Assembly: GCA_963674945.2 (NCBI GenBank)
Contig: CAXXWQ010000004.1
Location: forward strand, 2,144,001 to 2,208,000
DNA from: an uncultured Desulfosarcina sp.
Lineage (GTDB): Bacteria > Desulfobacterota > Desulfobacteria > Desulfobacterales > Desulfosarcinaceae
DNA length: 64,000 nt
Reading direction: 5' to 3'
How positions within the stretch are numbered: the stretch's first letter is position 1; each line of letters opens with the position of its first letter. Below, piece after piece: positions 20,250 to 29,790 of the stretch. Made by a program: the position numbers and the translations under genes. The notes under the pieces were generated by a model, which was given only the letters and a program-made list of their open reading frames with translations, was not told the origin of the DNA and did no database searches.

Positions 20250-20990
20250 TTAGCCTCGCTTGATTGCGCCGAAGGCAGCAAAACACGAATTCTTATGTAA
20301 TAGTTCCACTTGATGGAAACCCACTCTCCTCAATAAATCCATTTGATATGTAACCGGCTTCGGTGAATCTTCCCTGTCGATATAATCAAAGACTTTTTCT
20401 TTGTATGATTCCCCACCAACAGAACGAAGATACTCTCCGTACCGTTCCCACATCATCGATTGAATCGGCATGGTTTCGTGTGAAATTAGATCCGTGATCC
20501 ACACACTCCCTCCCGGAGCGGTCAGGCGATAGATCTTCGTAAATGTTGATTCCCAGTCCTGATCATCGCGCAGATGGTGTAAAACAGCCGCTGCCAGGAT
20601 GACATCATATCCTTGTTCGGGCAACGCAAGGACGCGAAAATCTCCATGAAATATTCTGATATTTCCTGAATTGATTTCAAAAATCCGCTCTTTTGCCCTT
20701 TCGAGCATTGGCATGCTAAGATCGACAAGATCGGAATCGAAAGGCGCAACATAGTTTAATAATTGTATCGTATTATTTCCCGCACCACAGCCAATATCCA
20801 ATACCCTTCGTATTCTTTTGGTCGATGCAAAGGCAGCTTGGGCTATCAATTCCATTGCCAGCGGTGCATCCATTGTGGCTGTTTGCCCGGTTTCGATATT
20901 TGAGAACCGTTCGACATCATTATCGAATCTCTGTCTTATGGCATCTATGGATGATTTCTTTTCCAGTACCGTCGTCATCGTTTCACTCAT
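20250..20990 (-). CDS. Class I SAM-dependent methyltransferase
   Basis: LDIGCGAG, DLS..ML, AAVLHHL. Confidence 0.88.
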   Translation of the reverse strand: MSETMTTVLEKKSSIDAIRQRFDNDVERFSNIETGQTATMDAPLAMELIAQAAFASTKRIRRVLDIGCGAGNNTIQLLNYVAPFDSDLVDLSMPMLERAKERIFEINSGNIRIFHGDFRVLALPEQGYDVILAAAVLHHLRDDQDWESTFTKIYRLTAPGGSVWITDLISHETMPIQSMMWERYGEYLRSVGGESYKEKVFDYIDREDSPKPVTYQMDLLRRVGFHQVELLHKNSCFAAFGAIKRG

Positions 20991-21195
20991 TTTTTGCGGC
21001 TGGCGTTGAAAAAAGGCGATGCACGCCTTGCGTACGATCATCGAAAATGCCATGATTTACAACGCTTCTTCAACAGTTTTTTGGTCTCTCGAATCCAATG
21101 AAAACATCGATCGACAGTAAGACGCGTCTCATGTTCCCTGATAAGACGCCAGACCTCATCGATCTGTTGTTTCGATGTTACATGTCCATGATAAC

Positions 21196-21570
21196 TTATG
21201 AATCGTCGTTTATGGGTATAACGTCGAGAGCAATGCACGGATCATCCCCAATAACCCACGCGTCACTGCCCGGCGCTATTTCGAAAGCACAGCCCGGTTC
21301 AATTTCCGCCTCGCTTTCGTATTGATCCTTGACCATCATACGGCCTGAAAGAATGTAACCGATGTGATTTTGTGCGTCTTTTCCTGCTTGTGGCCCTGCG
21401 TGCAAAGACCATCGCCATCCAGGCTGATAGGTTCCAAATCCAACCGCGACAGTTCGAAGAACTGCATGGGAGCGAGTGCTGCCATCAATAAATGTTCGGG
21501 TGTTTCCGGCAGTGCTCGGATTTCCCTTAACGATGGTTGGTCGGATGGTTTCTATGGAATTCTTTTTCAT
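21196..21570 (-). CDS. Cupin-like protein
   Basis: YQPGWRWS, HIGYILSGRM, PG.DAWV.GD.PC. Confidence 0.75.
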   Translation of the reverse strand: MKKNSIETIRPTIVKGNPSTAGNTRTFIDGSTRSHAVLRTVAVGFGTYQPGWRWSLHAGPQAGKDAQNHIGYILSGRMMVKDQYESEAEIEPGCAFEIAPGSDAWVIGDDPCIALDVIPINDDS

Positions 21571-22562
21571 TTGGATTGCATACCCTTCCCGCCATCGGGC
21601 GGATTTATGGGTTTTGGATCACCAGTACTTTTCTCAGGATTTTTCTTGATTTGATTCGACTGTGTGAAATTTGGTTGATCACGATAGTCAATTGCGGCCA
21701 GGGCGGCACCCATACCGGTATTGGCATACGTGCCCTGGCGCTTTTCCGGCGTATTGTGCACTTTGCGTTTTATGCAATTGTAGGTTGCCGGGACGAGGAA
21801 AAGACGGTCACTTTGAAAATAACGATCCGCAAGGTCTGCGTCGAGGTCGCGGAGCAGTTGTTTCATGGCTTCAATGTAACGGTTATCCTCTGACGGCCGA
21901 TCATCGCCTGGCGGAAGAAGCAGGAAAATCGTTTTTCCATGGTCCAGGCACCAGCATATCGCCTCGACCACATTATCGAGTTTTTTCTGTTCCGGATGAT
22001 GTCGGGACAAGCGGCGGTAATCCAACACATTGAATTCGTAGCTCAAGCCATCCAGCCCCGCGAGTTCTGCGGCGAAACGCTTGCTTTTGAAAACGCGAAG
22101 ATTTGAAATCAGCTTGTAACCCGGATATATTTCCCGGAATCGTTGAATCGCCGTCGTGGAAAGCGTACTTCCGTAACGTGACTCGTCGTAGGTCATACAC
22201 CAGATTTCATGGAAACCGTTGCGGCGTCCTGCATCGATGACGGGGTTTGGAAGCTTCCGGTTGTCGCCCACAAAAATCGGGCTCCAGTGGAATGCGGCCA
22301 GGTAGAAGGCGCGGGATTTCACGTGGCTGAGCACCGTGTCCTGTTCCGCGGGACTCTTAAGCGTGCGTATCCAGGCGTAAGGGACCCAGACGCCGTCAGC
22401 TCGTGCGGCAACTTCCTTCCATCCGTCCGAATGCCGTAGCTCCTTGGCAGTAAAGGCATGTCCGACATGGATCAGGACGCGGTAGGCAAAGGCGGAAGGC
22501 CCCCCGAACACAAGTGCCGCTAAAAGTGCGAGGATAACTTTGAACCGCTGTCTGTACAGCAT
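21567..22562 (-). CDS. Secreted hypothetical protein
   Basis: Signal peptide (..PSAFA); 331-aa ORF with no recognised family. Confidence 0.6.
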   Translation of the reverse strand: MLYRQRFKVILALLAALVFGGPSAFAYRVLIHVGHAFTAKELRHSDGWKEVAARADGVWVPYAWIRTLKSPAEQDTVLSHVKSRAFYLAAFHWSPIFVGDNRKLPNPVIDAGRRNGFHEIWCMTYDESRYGSTLSTTAIQRFREIYPGYKLISNLRVFKSKRFAAELAGLDGLSYEFNVLDYRRLSRHHPEQKKLDNVVEAICWCLDHGKTIFLLLPPGDDRPSEDNRYIEAMKQLLRDLDADLADRYFQSDRLFLVPATYNCIKRKVHNTPEKRQGTYANTGMGAALAAIDYRDQPNFTQSNQIKKNPEKSTGDPKPINPPDGGKGMQSK

Positions 22563-22669
22563 TGCCTCATTCTTCCTTATGCAATAAGAAATCTGATATC
22601 CTTGTAATTCTCTTTGTCTGAAAAATACGCGAAATAAGAGTATTGATCACCGAGCCGATCCCCCCTCGC

Positions 22670-23803
22670 CTACCAAACCCGTGATGCAAGATTACGGCTG
22701 CCGGATGGATTCAGGTAAAGAGTCAAGCTCGCATTCAGCACGCCATTGCCTTTGATGGTGTGATAGGACACTGGCCATACGGCTCCTTTACCGTACAACG
22801 ATCCGATCTTAAAATAGAAAAACTGCCACGGAACAGAGTTGCCCGAGGTTTGCGCCGGAAACCGCTTCTGATAGTTTGCTTCAGGTGCTTCTGTCAGAAA
22901 ATCCCATCGTTCCCGGAGGGTTCCCTGCTTCGATTCGGCCGGAACGAACCCACCGTCAACGCCTTGAAGTTCAATATACAAGGGCGTGTCCAGGGTGTGC
23001 AGGGTATTATCCGCACCCGCATCGGCAAAATAGGAAAATGGCAGTCCGCCCGTAACGAGCGCAATGATTGCTTCACCGGCCTCTGGCTCGGTATTTTCTT
23101 TGATAAAAGTCCTGTCATATTGCTGTTTCATGTTCGGCGGTCTCCCTCTGATGACCGTCAGAGGACCTTTGTCCACGGTTCTGAGCTGGGCTTCGATAAG
23201 GGTCAGCCGCACAACGCTGTCTTCGGGTTTCAAAACGATGACAATGTTGTCACGGATGATGGTCAGAGGCTTGTTCTCGTATTTGTTGGGTTTGCCGGAC
23301 ATCACTGCCATGAGCTGTTGGGTGAGATGGTGTTCCTCATTCGGTGAGGCCTCGATCTCATATGTTTCCGACAGATACCCTGGCGCCCGAAACCTAAGCG
23401 TGTGAATCGGGCACTTGTCGCAAACGATGTGAAACCGTCCGTTGATGGTCTCCTTTCGCCGTTTTTGGGTGAATCCGATGGTATCCGGACGAGGATGGTG
23501 TTCGGTAATGGTCATGGTCACCCCGTTGATGGGATTTCCCCTCGCATCCTGCACATCACCGGAAAGGTCGAAGTTGATATTGGTGGCGATGATTTCGGGC
23601 GTATCCCGCCTTTCCGTATTGACCGGTTCCGTTGGCTCGGGCGGCGATACGGCCTCTTGCGTTCCCGGAGGCGGTCTGTCCGTAAACCGCATCACCCCAT
23701 TTTCATCGACCCACTTGTACACACGAGCATCGACTGCTCCACCGATGAGCACCATCATGCAGGCGATACAAAGCATCCATCGCCCGACCGGAAATCGATT
23801 CAT
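22670..23803 (-). CDS. Secreted DUF4124 domain protein
   Basis: Signal peptide, VYKWVDENGVMRFTDRPP; GGAGG RBS. Confidence 0.8.
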   Translation of the reverse strand: MNRFPVGRWMLCIACMMVLIGGAVDARVYKWVDENGVMRFTDRPPPGTQEAVSPPEPTEPVNTERRDTPEIIATNINFDLSGDVQDARGNPINGVTMTITEHHPRPDTIGFTQKRRKETINGRFHIVCDKCPIHTLRFRAPGYLSETYEIEASPNEEHHLTQQLMAVMSGKPNKYENKPLTIIRDNIVIVLKPEDSVVRLTLIEAQLRTVDKGPLTVIRGRPPNMKQQYDRTFIKENTEPEAGEAIIALVTGGLPFSYFADAGADNTLHTLDTPLYIELQGVDGGFVPAESKQGTLRERWDFLTEAPEANYQKRFPAQTSGNSVPWQFFYFKIGSLYGKGAVWPVSYHTIKGNGVLNASLTLYLNPSGSRNLASRVW

Positions 23804-24085
23804 GAGCCTCCCCTCCCAGTGTTGATTTCATAATCCTGCAACCTTCGCAGCTTCGCAAAATATCTCCAGCGATCCCGGAATCGAAAAACAAAAAATCATA
23901 TCACGGCCGTAAAGGCAATGGTTTCGTGCCGAACCGCAACAGGTTCTGCCATCTTTTTCATATAAACCCGGAAAGATAGATTCATCCGGTGAAAACGGAA
24001 TTCGCAGAAGACCATTGTCTTCAATTCAATACGGCAGATCATTTCTCATGGCAATCATTGATGAAATCTATGTTCGGCACATGAA

Positions 24086-24886
24086 ATGAGTATTATTATC
24101 AATGGACACATTAAAGATGCTTTGAATGTCCCCTATGATATGATTGCCCATAACGACGAGCCGCTTTATACCAATGGATATGACAACTGGTGTGCTGGCT
24201 ATTCAAACCTGACAGAAATGTATGGTCCGGGCGTACTATCCGTGGACGAAGCGGAAGGAAGTTTCGTGTTTACCGGCATAATCAATCGTGTCAATTATGA
24301 AAATGTCTCTACCCGGGCTACGCATCACGGCATTACCTAAAAAGGTGGCGGATTGAGCAGCAGCAGTTTTCTCCAGGCCGATATCCCGCCGTTTTGTTTT
24401 CAGGAATTGCTGACATATCTCGGGGCAAGCCCGGAAGGCAACATGGCCGACGGCATTTATTACGGGGAGATGGCCGATTGGATGGTCAAATACCCTGACG
24501 GGCAGCGGGTGGATTTTGAAGTTATCTGGGAAGGAGCAGACCGTTATTACAATCTGTACGAATTATACGATGAAGCGGCATCCGAGTTCGATCCCGCCCC
24601 GAAAGATTTTGCGCCTCTGGGCATCGAACCCAGGATTGGCGGCACGCGGGATTCTAACCTGCTCTGGAATCCAGGATGCATTTATTGTTTTTATTCTTGT
24701 GTTTGCGGCATTACTTCCAATGCAAGAGCCAATGAAGAAACCTGGTTTGATGACGGTGGCATATACGATACAATAAACGCCCCGGATGACGAACGGAATT
24801 ACTACGCCGGGAGGTATTATCCGAAGGCGGATTTGATGCCGGGAGCGGGTGCGATAATCCGGATCAGAGCCACCATTGTCGAATAA
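24086..24886 (+). pseudogene. YdjY-like domain protein interrupted by in-frame TAA (24338-24340)
   Basis: HHGIT*KGG..FLQADIPP..LGASPEGN..GCIYCFYSCVCGITSNA; both ORF pieces in the same frame. Confidence 0.6.
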
Positions 24887-25069
24887 TATTCACGCAAGAT
24901 GCACCTTTACTCGTGCGCTTTGACGCTTTTGCGCGTTCACGATTGCCGTCATGTGTCTCGTTTGCTTCCATTCCAGCCGGAACTAGCAAACAATGAGGGT
25001 TTGCAGCAAAGAAAACCTGCAAATCCTTTCATTGAGGATTTTCATAAATACGATCCCGCACCGCGCACT

Positions 25070-26623
25070 TCAGGGCCGTAAATGCTTTTTACCAAATTGG
25101 ATGCCTAATTTTCTCATCTTTGTCCTAAGCGTTGAGGGATTCAGATTCAGAAGTTTAGCGGCACCTTTTTCTCCTTCAATCCTGCCATTGGCCCGTTCCA
25201 AAGCCTGCATGATGATTTTCGTGACAGCCTGATCGAAGTCCAGGCCATTCGAAATTGCTGTTGAAAAACCGTTTGTGATTTTATTGGTTACGGCATAGCT
25301 CGGCTCTTCGAAGGTCAACGGCTTACCGTCACTGAGAATAAGGGCGCGTTCCACCGCATTCTGCAGTTCCCGGACGTTTCCGGGCCAATCATAATCCATC
25401 AATTTGGGCAGGCACCCCGGCGCCAGGATCGGAACATCCGTCCACCCCATCTGGCGCGCTTTTTTGGTCATAAAATGCTGTACCAAAATGGGAAGGTCGG
25501 CAAGCCGTTCCCGTAAGGGCGGAATCACAATCGGAAAAACGTTGAGACGGAAATAGAGGTCTTCCCTGAACTTTCCATTGGCGATCATTTCTTCCAGATT
25601 GCGATGGGTGGCTGCGATAACGCGAATGTCCACGGGAACGGTTTCCGAGCCGCCGATCCGCTCGATCTCGTTTTCCTGGAGAACCCTTAGTAGACGTACC
25701 TGCGCCTTGGGCGTCAGCTCGCCTATTTCATCCAGAAAGATGGTGCCGCCCTGGGCTCGTTCAAATCGGCCCCGCATCTTGCTGAACGCACCGGTAAATG
25801 CCCCCTTTTCGTGACCGAAAAGCTCGCTGTCCATTAGCGTTTCCGGAATTGCGCCGCAATTGACCTTAATCAATGGGCCTTTCCTGCGTGGCGAGATGTT
25901 GTGGATGGCTGTCGCGATGACCTCCTTTCCGGTTCCGGTCTCTCCCAGAAGAAGAACGGGGCTCATCATCGGCGCAACCTGGGCAGCCAACTTCATGACC
26001 TGCTGAAGTCCAAACTGCGCGCCTATAATTTCTTCATCGATATTCTGCTGAAGCTCATTTTGCAAATACCGGTTGTCGTCCAGCAAAATGTCTTTCAGTC
26101 GTAAAACTTCGCGGTAGCGAAGGTAATTACTCATCGCAATGGCCATGGGCTCATTAAGGAGAGAAAATAGGCGAATGTGGTCTTCGTTATATTTTTCCTC
26201 TGCATGGTTTCCGATGAAAACAGTGCAGAAAAGATTCCATTTCGGGACAGGTAATAAGATCATGAATGTGCCGTTCGGATACCCCGAAAAGGAAGTTATG
26301 GCTTTGAACGTTGAAGGTTCACTATAGCGATCAATCACCGCAACGGAGGCATTTTGATCGGGTTTCTTATGTTGCTCCTCTAAATTATGACGGATTTTCT
26401 CCGGAAGAACCAGCTTTAACGAAGTGAGTTGCCCGCCGTTAAGATCGGCTCTGGCCAAATTTTCACCAATGCCGGTGTCCAGGTTGTAAACATTCAAATA
26501 GATCATGTCGGCGGGGATATGCTGACGAATAAAGATTAGAAGATCGAATAGCGCTTTTTCGATTTCGAGACTTCCGCATACCAGCAACGTCGCCTCACGA
26601 AAAAAGATATTTTCATCGATCAT
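25070..26623 (-). CDS. sigma54-dependent enhancer-binding protein (GAF-like + AAA + HTH)
   Basis: GETGTGKE, ELFGHEKGAFTGA, FLDEIGE, WPGNVRELQN, C-terminal HTH. Confidence 0.93.
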   Translation of the reverse strand: MIDENIFFREATLLVCGSLEIEKALFDLLIFIRQHIPADMIYLNVYNLDTGIGENLARADLNGGQLTSLKLVLPEKIRHNLEEQHKKPDQNASVAVIDRYSEPSTFKAITSFSGYPNGTFMILLPVPKWNLFCTVFIGNHAEEKYNEDHIRLFSLLNEPMAIAMSNYLRYREVLRLKDILLDDNRYLQNELQQNIDEEIIGAQFGLQQVMKLAAQVAPMMSPVLLLGETGTGKEVIATAIHNISPRRKGPLIKVNCGAIPETLMDSELFGHEKGAFTGAFSKMRGRFERAQGGTIFLDEIGELTPKAQVRLLRVLQENEIERIGGSETVPVDIRVIAATHRNLEEMIANGKFREDLYFRLNVFPIVIPPLRERLADLPILVQHFMTKKARQMGWTDVPILAPGCLPKLMDYDWPGNVRELQNAVERALILSDGKPLTFEEPSYAVTNKITNGFSTAISNGLDFDQAVTKIIMQALERANGRIEGEKGAAKLLNLNPSTLRTKMRKLGIQFGKKHLRP

Positions 26624-26779
26624 GATGCAGGCTCCACGTCGGCCGTAAAGATTATTAAAAAAACTGTTGTATTGAACAGAATACAACAAAACCGGCAAAT
26701 AAAACAGTAAATTGTCTTATCGCACAGCATTCCGCTTTGATTTACCTAACTATAAAATATTATTGTTGTTTTAATTTTT

Positions 26780-26936
26780 ATGGTGGCGCGGTTCGTGCCT
26801 TGCCATGCCGTTCTTCAAGAAGTCCCAATCTTTGCTTCTCAGACAACCTTGCAAGAAAGCTACCAACAAACGACCATTCTTGACAGTTTGCTGCAAATGG
26901 GACTGGAACACAGTTTTGGATGGAGAAAACAGTATG
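26780..26936 (+). repeat. Copy 1 of duplicated sigma54 promoter + leader + RBS/ATG
   Basis: TGGCGC-N5-GTGC at 26784-26798; collinear similarity to 27169-27328. Confidence 0.8.
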
Positions 26937-27168
26937 CCAATCAAACTACAATACCTTATTAATTTAGAAAGTTTTACACATCTCCAACACTGCCTCTCGG
27001 GAAAAAATATTTTAATCAATCATACTCCTGTTCCTCATCAGACGCAAAGGTTGCCCCAAAGACTGCTTTATTAAACGGCGGGGCGGCTGAGGAAACGGAG
27101 AAAAAGTGTTTTATCCCACGGAACCCTTTTTCCTAAACATATAACCGTCCAATATTATAGCGAATTAA

Positions 27169-27328
27169 ATGTTGGCACGGCGCGTGCTCTTTCATGGTGT
27201 TCTTCGAGGAGTACTTACTATCCTTGCGTTACAGACAAGATCGCAAGAAAGCGACCAACGAACGGCCATTCTCGCCAAATTGCTGTGGATGGGACTGGAA
27301 TACCTTTGTAGATGGAGAAAACATTATG
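27169..27328 (+). promoter_or_regulatory. sigma54 promoter and leader of efflux operon (copy 2)
   Basis: TGGCAC-N5-GTGC at 27173-27187 (GG-N10-GC); GGAG RBS before ATG 27326. Confidence 0.75.
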
Positions 27329-28633
27329 AAAATGAACCGTACCCTGTTGACCTGCCTGATGATGCTTCTGCCGTTTTATCACGCGGCAGCGGCACAGGAC
27401 ATGCTCACTCTCTCCGAAGGGCTGAAGATTGTGACGGAAGACAGCCGGGTGATCAAAGTGGCCAAGTGGAGCGAGGCCTTGGCGGAGTCGGATGCCAAAA
27501 TGGCGCGGTCCGCGATGCTCCCGGACCTTACGGCCACTGCGGCGTATACGTACTTTAAAGATCAGCCGGCCATGCTTTTCGAAGGCATGGTTGTTCCGGC
27601 GTCCAATACCGATTTCTATCACCATCGCATTGTCCTTCAGCAGATCCTTTTTGCTTTTCGCGGCAATCTGTCGCGCTATGATGCGGCAAAAATGATTGTC
27701 GAGGCACAGAAATTCGATTCCGTTCGCGCGCGCAATGAGGTCGCCCTGGAGTTTATCAAATCCTTTTACAATCTTCTGGAAGCAAGACACCTCAGCGAAC
27801 TGGCCGCCAAGGAAATAGAGCGGCTGGAGGCCCATAATCGGAATGCAGATCAGCTCTATGAAAAAGGCGTGATTACGAAAAACGACCTCTTACAAGTTCA
27901 GGTACGCCTCTCCGACGCCCGCCAAAACCATCTGTCGGCCCAAAACCTCGAGTCCATCCTGGCGGCAAAACTGAACAATCTGCTTCTACGACCTCTCAAC
28001 GATAGTATCGAACCCCAAGAGCAAGCGGTGACGGTTGATGCACCTCGACAGATCGAGCTGGAAAATGCTTGGGAGATGGCTACTACCAATCGACCGGAGA
28101 TACTTGTCGTGGATCGGACCCTTAGCGCCCTCGACCTGGATGAAACCGTAAAACGATCGGAATTCTTGCCGAAACTCTTCGTCAGCGGGGCCAATGAATA
28201 TACGCAAAACGATTATCAAGCTCACGAAAACGAATGGCTCGTGACCTTCGGGATTACGATCAACCTATATAACGGTGGTCGGTCATCCGCCGATTTACAG
28301 AAGACGAGAAGAAAGAAGAAACAGCTTTTAGAGCAGCGGGCACAGCTTGTCGACGGGATCAAACTGGAGTTGCAAAGCTACCTTTTGTCCCAGGACAACG
28401 CTTACGCGAGTATCCTCGTCAATCGTGATGCCGCGGGGCAGGCCGAAGAGAACCTTAGGATCAACAAGAATCGTTATGAGGAGGGAGAGGGAACCGCAAC
28501 GGAAGTACTCGACGCCATAACGCTTCTGACGGTTGCCGAAACCAATCGAATCCGGTCCGTCTATGACTACCGAAGGGCAGAGGCGGCCGTTCATTACGCA
28601 ATGGGTGAAGATTTGCGGGATATCTGCCACTGA
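27326..28633 (+). CDS. TolC-family outer-membrane efflux protein
   Basis: Signal peptide, two OEP repeats (LP.L, RPE, RYEEGEGTATEVLDA). Confidence 0.9.
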   Translation: MKMNRTLLTCLMMLLPFYHAAAAQDMLTLSEGLKIVTEDSRVIKVAKWSEALAESDAKMARSAMLPDLTATAAYTYFKDQPAMLFEGMVVPASNTDFYHHRIVLQQILFAFRGNLSRYDAAKMIVEAQKFDSVRARNEVALEFIKSFYNLLEARHLSELAAKEIERLEAHNRNADQLYEKGVITKNDLLQVQVRLSDARQNHLSAQNLESILAAKLNNLLLRPLNDSIEPQEQAVTVDAPRQIELENAWEMATTNRPEILVVDRTLSALDLDETVKRSEFLPKLFVSGANEYTQNDYQAHENEWLVTFGITINLYNGGRSSADLQKTRRKKKQLLEQRAQLVDGIKLELQSYLLSQDNAYASILVNRDAAGQAEENLRINKNRYEEGEGTATEVLDAITLLTVAETNRIRSVYDYRRAEAAVHYAMGEDLRDICH

Positions 28634-28671
28634 GTAATAAAGAGAAACCGTTTACACAAAGGAGCGGGTCT

Positions 28672-29790
28672 ATGTTTGATTTAATTAAGAATAAAAAAGT
28701 GTTTGTTTCCCACTTGAGCGTTGCCTGCATCACTGCAGCCTTGGTGCTTATCATCACTCGGAACGGTAACGTGTCGCAAACCGAGCCAATGGAAGAAGAC
28801 ATTCCCCTGGTGCGAACCATGGTGGTTGCCTCGGAAAAGTCTGGTCAAAAATACGTCTATTCCGGCGAGGTAAGGGGCCGCTACGAAAGCAAGCTGGCCT
28901 TCCAGGTGGGGGGGAAAATCATCAGCCGGCTGGTGGAATTGGGGGATAAGGTAGAAAAGGGAGCACGGTTGATGCGAATCGACTCGAAAGACATCGAGCA
29001 ACTCGTCACCAGCCAATCGGCCGTGGTCGCCTCAGCCAAATCGCAGCTTGAGCTTGCCGAAAAGGAGCTCAACCGATACCGCTCACTTTTTGATAAGGAC
29101 GTGATCAGCCGCGCCCAACTGGATCGATATGAGACCGCCTATGAAAAGTCGCTGGCGGGGTATCGGAGCGCTGTCGCCCAGCAAACCAAGACCGCCAACC
29201 AGCTGAGTTATTGCACCCTTTATGCCGATCGGTCGGGCGTAGTGGCGTCCATCAGGGCCGAGGCGGGGCAGGTCGTGGGACCGGGGCAGCCGGTAATCAC
29301 CCTGATCCAGGACGGTGAGCAGGAAATCGAAATCAATGTGCCTGAAAACCGCCTGCAGATCCTTCATGACGAACCCCAGATCCGGATCTCTTTCTGGGCC
29401 CTGCCCGACGTTACGGGGGAAGGAAAGATACGAGAAATCGCCCCCATGGCCGATCCCGTAACCCGCACCTATAAAGTCCGGGCGAGCCTGGTAGAACAAA
29501 TTCCTCAGATCAACTTGGGTATGACGGCTTCCGTCGAGATCGCTCCCGACAAAAAAGAAGGCTTCATCTTTGTTCCTATTTCCTCCCTCTATCAGACGGA
29601 AGACACCCCCTGTGTCTGGATCGTTCAGGGAGAAATACTTGAACTGCGACGGATAAAAGTCGGCAAGTACGGTGCCGACGGGATCCAGGTGGTAGGGGGT
29701 TTGAAACCTGGAGAAACGATTGTGACCGCCGGTGTCCATAAATTGCGAGAAGGGCAGCGTGTAAAGATCCTGGGAGGCAGCCAATCATGA
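28672..29790 (+). CDS. RND periplasmic adaptor (MFP)
   Basis: LAFQVGGKI..R.VE.GD.V.KG, TL.A..SGVV, ADPVTRTY. Confidence 0.92.
   Translation: MFDLIKNKKVFVSHLSVACITAALVLIITRNGNVSQTEPMEEDIPLVRTMVVASEKSGQKYVYSGEVRGRYESKLAFQVGGKIISRLVELGDKVEKGARLMRIDSKDIEQLVTSQSAVVASAKSQLELAEKELNRYRSLFDKDVISRAQLDRYETAYEKSLAGYRSAVAQQTKTANQLSYCTLYADRSGVVASIRAEAGQVVGPGQPVITLIQDGEQEIEINVPENRLQILHDEPQIRISFWALPDVTGEGKIREIAPMADPVTRTYKVRASLVEQIPQINLGMTASVEIAPDKKEGFIFVPISSLYQTEDTPCVWIVQGEILELRRIKVGKYGADGIQVVGGLKPGETIVTAGVHKLREGQRVKILGGSQS

Noticed and set aside
21038..21238. 66-aa ORF between cupin and methyltransferase
   Set aside because: No clear start or RBS, overlaps neighbours; at best an unidentifiable fragment
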